Shown: one piece after another, positions 61,322 to 64,000 of the stretch
Numbering within the stretch: position 1 is the first letter of the stretch
Layout: each line of letters opens with the position of its first letter
Assembly (NCBI RefSeq): GCF_028368995.1
Contig: NZ_JAQNDL010000001.1
Coordinates: 1,760,001 to 1,824,000 of the forward strand
From: Nannocystis bainbridge
GTDB lineage: Bacteria > Myxococcota_A > Polyangia > Nannocystales > Nannocystaceae
Direction of reading: 5' to 3'
DNA: 64,000 nucleotides
Translations under genes and position numbers: made by a program
The notes under the pieces: generated by a model
What the model was told of the DNA's origin: nothing
What the model saw: the letters and a program-made list of their open reading frames with translations, nothing else
Databases searched by the model: none

Positions 61322-62170
61322 TCAGCGCGGGAAATCGGTCGACACCGACACCGCGCGCCAGGCCGCCAGCTCCTCGGCCACGAACGCGTGCTTCGCCTCG
61401 ATGGCCGCGACCGTATCGCTGCCGAGCGGCAGGCGCAGCGGCGGGTGCTCGGCGCGGGACAGCTCGACCACCGCGCGAGCGAGGCGCACCGGGTCGCCGG
61501 GCTGCTGGAGGCTGACCGACTTCGCCATCGCGCGCACCTTGCCCGCCGTCTCCGCGTAGTCGGCGATGCTCGGATCGGTCTCGACCACCGACTGCGGCTC
61601 GAGGAACTCGGTGCGGAAGTACCCGGGCTCGACGATCGTGACAGCGACCCCGAGCGGCGCCAGCTCGGCGTGCAGCGCCTCCGAGAGGCCCTCGACCGCG
61701 AATTTCGTCGAGCAGTAGACCCCGAAGCCCTGGCCCGATCGGTAGCCGCCGACCGACGACAGGTTGATGACGTGCCCCGAGCGCTGCTTGCGGAGCGTCG
61801 GCAGCACCGCGCGCGTGACCGCCAGCAACCCGAAGACATTGGTCTCGTAGAGCCGCCGCACGTCCTCGCCCGAGGTCTCCTCGACCGCGCCGATCAGCCC
61901 GTAACCCGCGTTGTTGACGAGCACGTCGATGCGCCCGAAGCGAGCCAGCGCCGCCTCGACCGCGGCCGCGACCGACTGCTCGCTCGTCACGTCGAGCGCG
62001 ACGGGCAACAGCGACGCGGAGCTGCCGAGCCGCTCGGTGACTCGCCTGGGGTCCCGCGCGGTCGCCACGACCTCGTCCCCCGCCGCCAGCGCGGCAGCCG
62101 CGATCTCCGCGCCGATGCCCCGCGATGCCCCCGTGATGAACCAAACTTGCTTCGATGGCTTCGTGATCAT
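61322..62170 (-). CDS. Short-chain dehydrogenase/reductase
   Basis: TGASRGIG, NNAG, YCSTK, EPGYFRT. Confidence 0.95.
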   Translation of the reverse strand: MITKPSKQVWFITGASRGIGAEIAAAALAAGDEVVATARDPRRVTERLGSSASLLPVALDVTSEQSVAAAVEAALARFGRIDVLVNNAGYGLIGAVEETSGEDVRRLYETNVFGLLAVTRAVLPTLRKQRSGHVINLSSVGGYRSGQGFGVYCSTKFAVEGLSEALHAELAPLGVAVTIVEPGYFRTEFLEPQSVVETDPSIADYAETAGKVRAMAKSVSLQQPGDPVRLARAVVELSRAEHPPLRLPLGSDTVAAIEAKHAFVAEELAAWRAVSVSTDFPR

Positions 62171-62335
62171 GATGAAGTTCCTTCTGGACGAGGAGACCTT
62201 AGCGCCGGCGATCGTGAAGAGTAACGCGCCCACGATGGAAGGTTCGTGAAGCTGGGATTCACAATCGAGCCGCGGGTCTTCGCGCTCGCGCGGCGCCGCC
62301 TCGTCGCACGGCTGCCCGTCCACGTTGCGCATCCT

Positions 62336-62351
62336 GGGCATTGCCCTTGCG
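62336..62351 (+). promoter_or_regulatory. Weak candidate sigma54 promoter
   Basis: GGGCATTGCCCTTGCG (GG-N10-GC, TTGC) about 290 nt upstream of the ABC transporter. Confidence 0.3.
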
Positions 62352-62637
62352 CGCCCCTCTTGAGGAAATTTTGCTCTCCTCCGCCCCTTGTCGGCCGCGG
62401 GTCCTGACGCATCATCCATCCACCGCTCCAGCGAGAGCGAGCGCGCCAGGTATCACATACGAGAGAGGAGCTCGGTGCGCGCCCGACGATGATAGGAACC
62501 CCTGCCGAGCGAGCGCCCGGACAGGAGCATCGACATTACGGGCGCGCCGCTGGCTCGGCTCCGCGGGGCCCTGAATGGACCAGACTGGAGCGTTTCATGC
62601 GATTCGCCGCGAGGCTCGCTCTTCGCACAGGGCCGAT

Positions 62638-64000
62638 ATGGCGACTCCTCTCCTCACGGCGGCCGCCGATCCGCATGACCACGCCCGCGCGGCCGATGCG
62701 AACGCCGCAGGCTCGCCGCTCCTCCGGCTGCTGGGATACGTCGGGCCGCACCGCAAATACGCCGCCCTGACGATCTGCTTCGGCGTGCTGGGCTTCGCCC
62801 TCTCGTTCGTGTACCCGTGGCTCATCGGCTCGGCCGTCGACGTGATCGTCGCGCCGCCCGACCCGGCGTTCCCGCTCGCGGCGCGCGTGGCGACCCTGCG
62901 GCGATTGACCGAGTTCGCCGCGCTGACGGCCATCGGCCACGCCGTCGTCGTCTACGGCCGCGGCCACTTCAACATCCGCCTCGGCTACGGGATCGTCGCC
63001 GACATCCGCCGCGAGCTGTTCGACCACCTGCAGAAGCTCAGCCTCCTCTTCTTCACCCGCGAGCGCACCGGGGCGATCCTCGCCCGCGTCGTCCACGACG
63101 TCCACGAGGCGGCCTCGCTGATCTACATGGGCCTCATCGTCGCCGCCCTCGACGCCGTGCAGCTGGCGATCGCGGTCGCGCTGCTGCTCGCTATCAGCTG
63201 GAAGCTGACCCTCGCCTGCCTGCTGCTGTTCCCGCTCTACATCCTCGTGTTCGCGGTGATGAACCCGCGGGTCCAGCGAGCCAGCGAACGCATGCACGGT
63301 CAGCTGACCCGGATCTCCGGCAACCTCGTCGAACAAATCTCGGGCCAGGCGCTCATCAAGACCTACACAGCCGAGCGGCGCGAGGCCCGGCGCTTCGCCG
63401 AGCAGGTCGCGCGCCACGAGGGCCTGGTCGTGGCGCAGAGCCACGAGGGCCACCTCGTCGCCTCCTTCGGCCAGCTCCTCGTCGACGTCGGCACGACCCT
63501 CGTCCTCGGCTACGGCGGCTGGCTCGCGCTCCACGGCGAGATGACCGCGGGCACCATGACCCGCTTCCTCGGCTATCTGCTCATCCTGTTCGGCCCGGTC
63601 CGGCGCTTCGCCGAGCTCAACATCGTCTATCAGACCAGCATCTCGGCGATGCGCCGGGTGTTCCGCATGCTCGAGGTCCAGCCGTGCGTCGTCGAGCCGG
63701 CCCGGCCGCACCGGGTCGCGCCGCAGCGGGGCCACGTCCGCTTCGAGGACGTCAGCTTCCGCTACCGGCAGGACTGCGACGAGTCGCGCGTGGGCCTGGA
63801 CGACGACCGCGACACCTCGACCGCGAGCCTCGCCCGCGACGCTCCTTGCGTGCTCGACCACGTCACGCTCGAGGCCCGCCCGGGCGAGCTCATCGCCGTC
63901 GTCGGCCCGTCCGGCGCCGGCAAGACGACCCTGCTGTCGCTGCTGCCGCGGCTCTACGACGTCACCTCCGGGCGCGTGCTGATCGATGGGGTGGACGTGC
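62638..64000 (+). CDS. ABC exporter, fused TMD + ATPase (MsbA-like), truncated by the window edge
   Basis: TM helices; [11 protein letters not shown]...RTG; FEDVSFRY; Walker A GPSGAGKT near 63904. Absent from the ORF track because it has no stop in the window. Confidence 0.92.
   Translation, partial: MATPLLTAAADPHDHARAADANAAGSPLLRLLGYVGPHRKYAALTICFGVLGFALSFVYPWLIGSAVDVIVAPPDPAFPLAARVATLRRLTEFAALTAIGHAVVVYGRGHFNIRLGYGIVADIRRELFDHLQKLSLLFFTRERTGAILARVVHDVHEAASLIYMGLIVAALDAVQLAIAVALLLAISWKLTLACLLLFPLYILVFAVMNPRVQRASERMHGQLTRISGNLVEQISGQALIKTYTAERREARRFAEQVARHEGLVVAQSHEGHLVASFGQLLVDVGTTLVLGYGGWLALHGEMTAGTMTRFLGYLLILFGPVRRFAELNIVYQTSISAMRRVFRMLEVQPCVVEPARPHRVAPQRGHVRFEDVSFRYRQDCDESRVGLDDDRDTSTASLARDAPCVLDHVTLEARPGELIAVVGPSGAGKTTLLSLLPRLYDVTSGRVLIDGVDV

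Overview
Very GC-rich bacterial DNA with a myxobacterial (Nannocystis-like) gene repertoire: Thr/Ser-stalked lipoproteins, an ADYC-domain protein, an FHA-sigma54 activator, Ser/Thr kinase-TPR proteins and a WGR protein. The taxon is inferred from gene content only. About 40 CDS can be supported; most long ORFs in the six-frame track are antisense or off-frame shadows. I found no rRNA, tRNA, CRISPR array or transposase. Main blocks: (1) a giant pseudokinase-AAA-GAF-HK-REC-Hpt sensor with a REC-DUF4388 regulator; (2) a minus-strand biosynthetic cluster, six genes overlapping plus one more (radical SAM, glutaminase-less AsnB, full AsnB, GT1, GT2, an apparently circularly permuted ROK kinase, then a PIG-L deacetylase), directly downstream of heme oxygenase and bacteriophytochrome genes; (3) an orphan T6SS spike island with two convergent operons: PAAR-Tse6(Ntox46)-like NADase plus a Tsi6-FHA-DUF4123 triple fusion, facing vgrG, an adaptor-like protein and a GH19 hydrolase; (4) a long accessory stretch of lipoproteins, signalling genes, enzymes and gene remnants. 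The best candidates for undescribed systems are the immunity-adaptor fusion T6SS island and the radical SAM/AsnB/glycosyltransferase cluster. All family calls rest on motifs recognised by eye, not on database searches.
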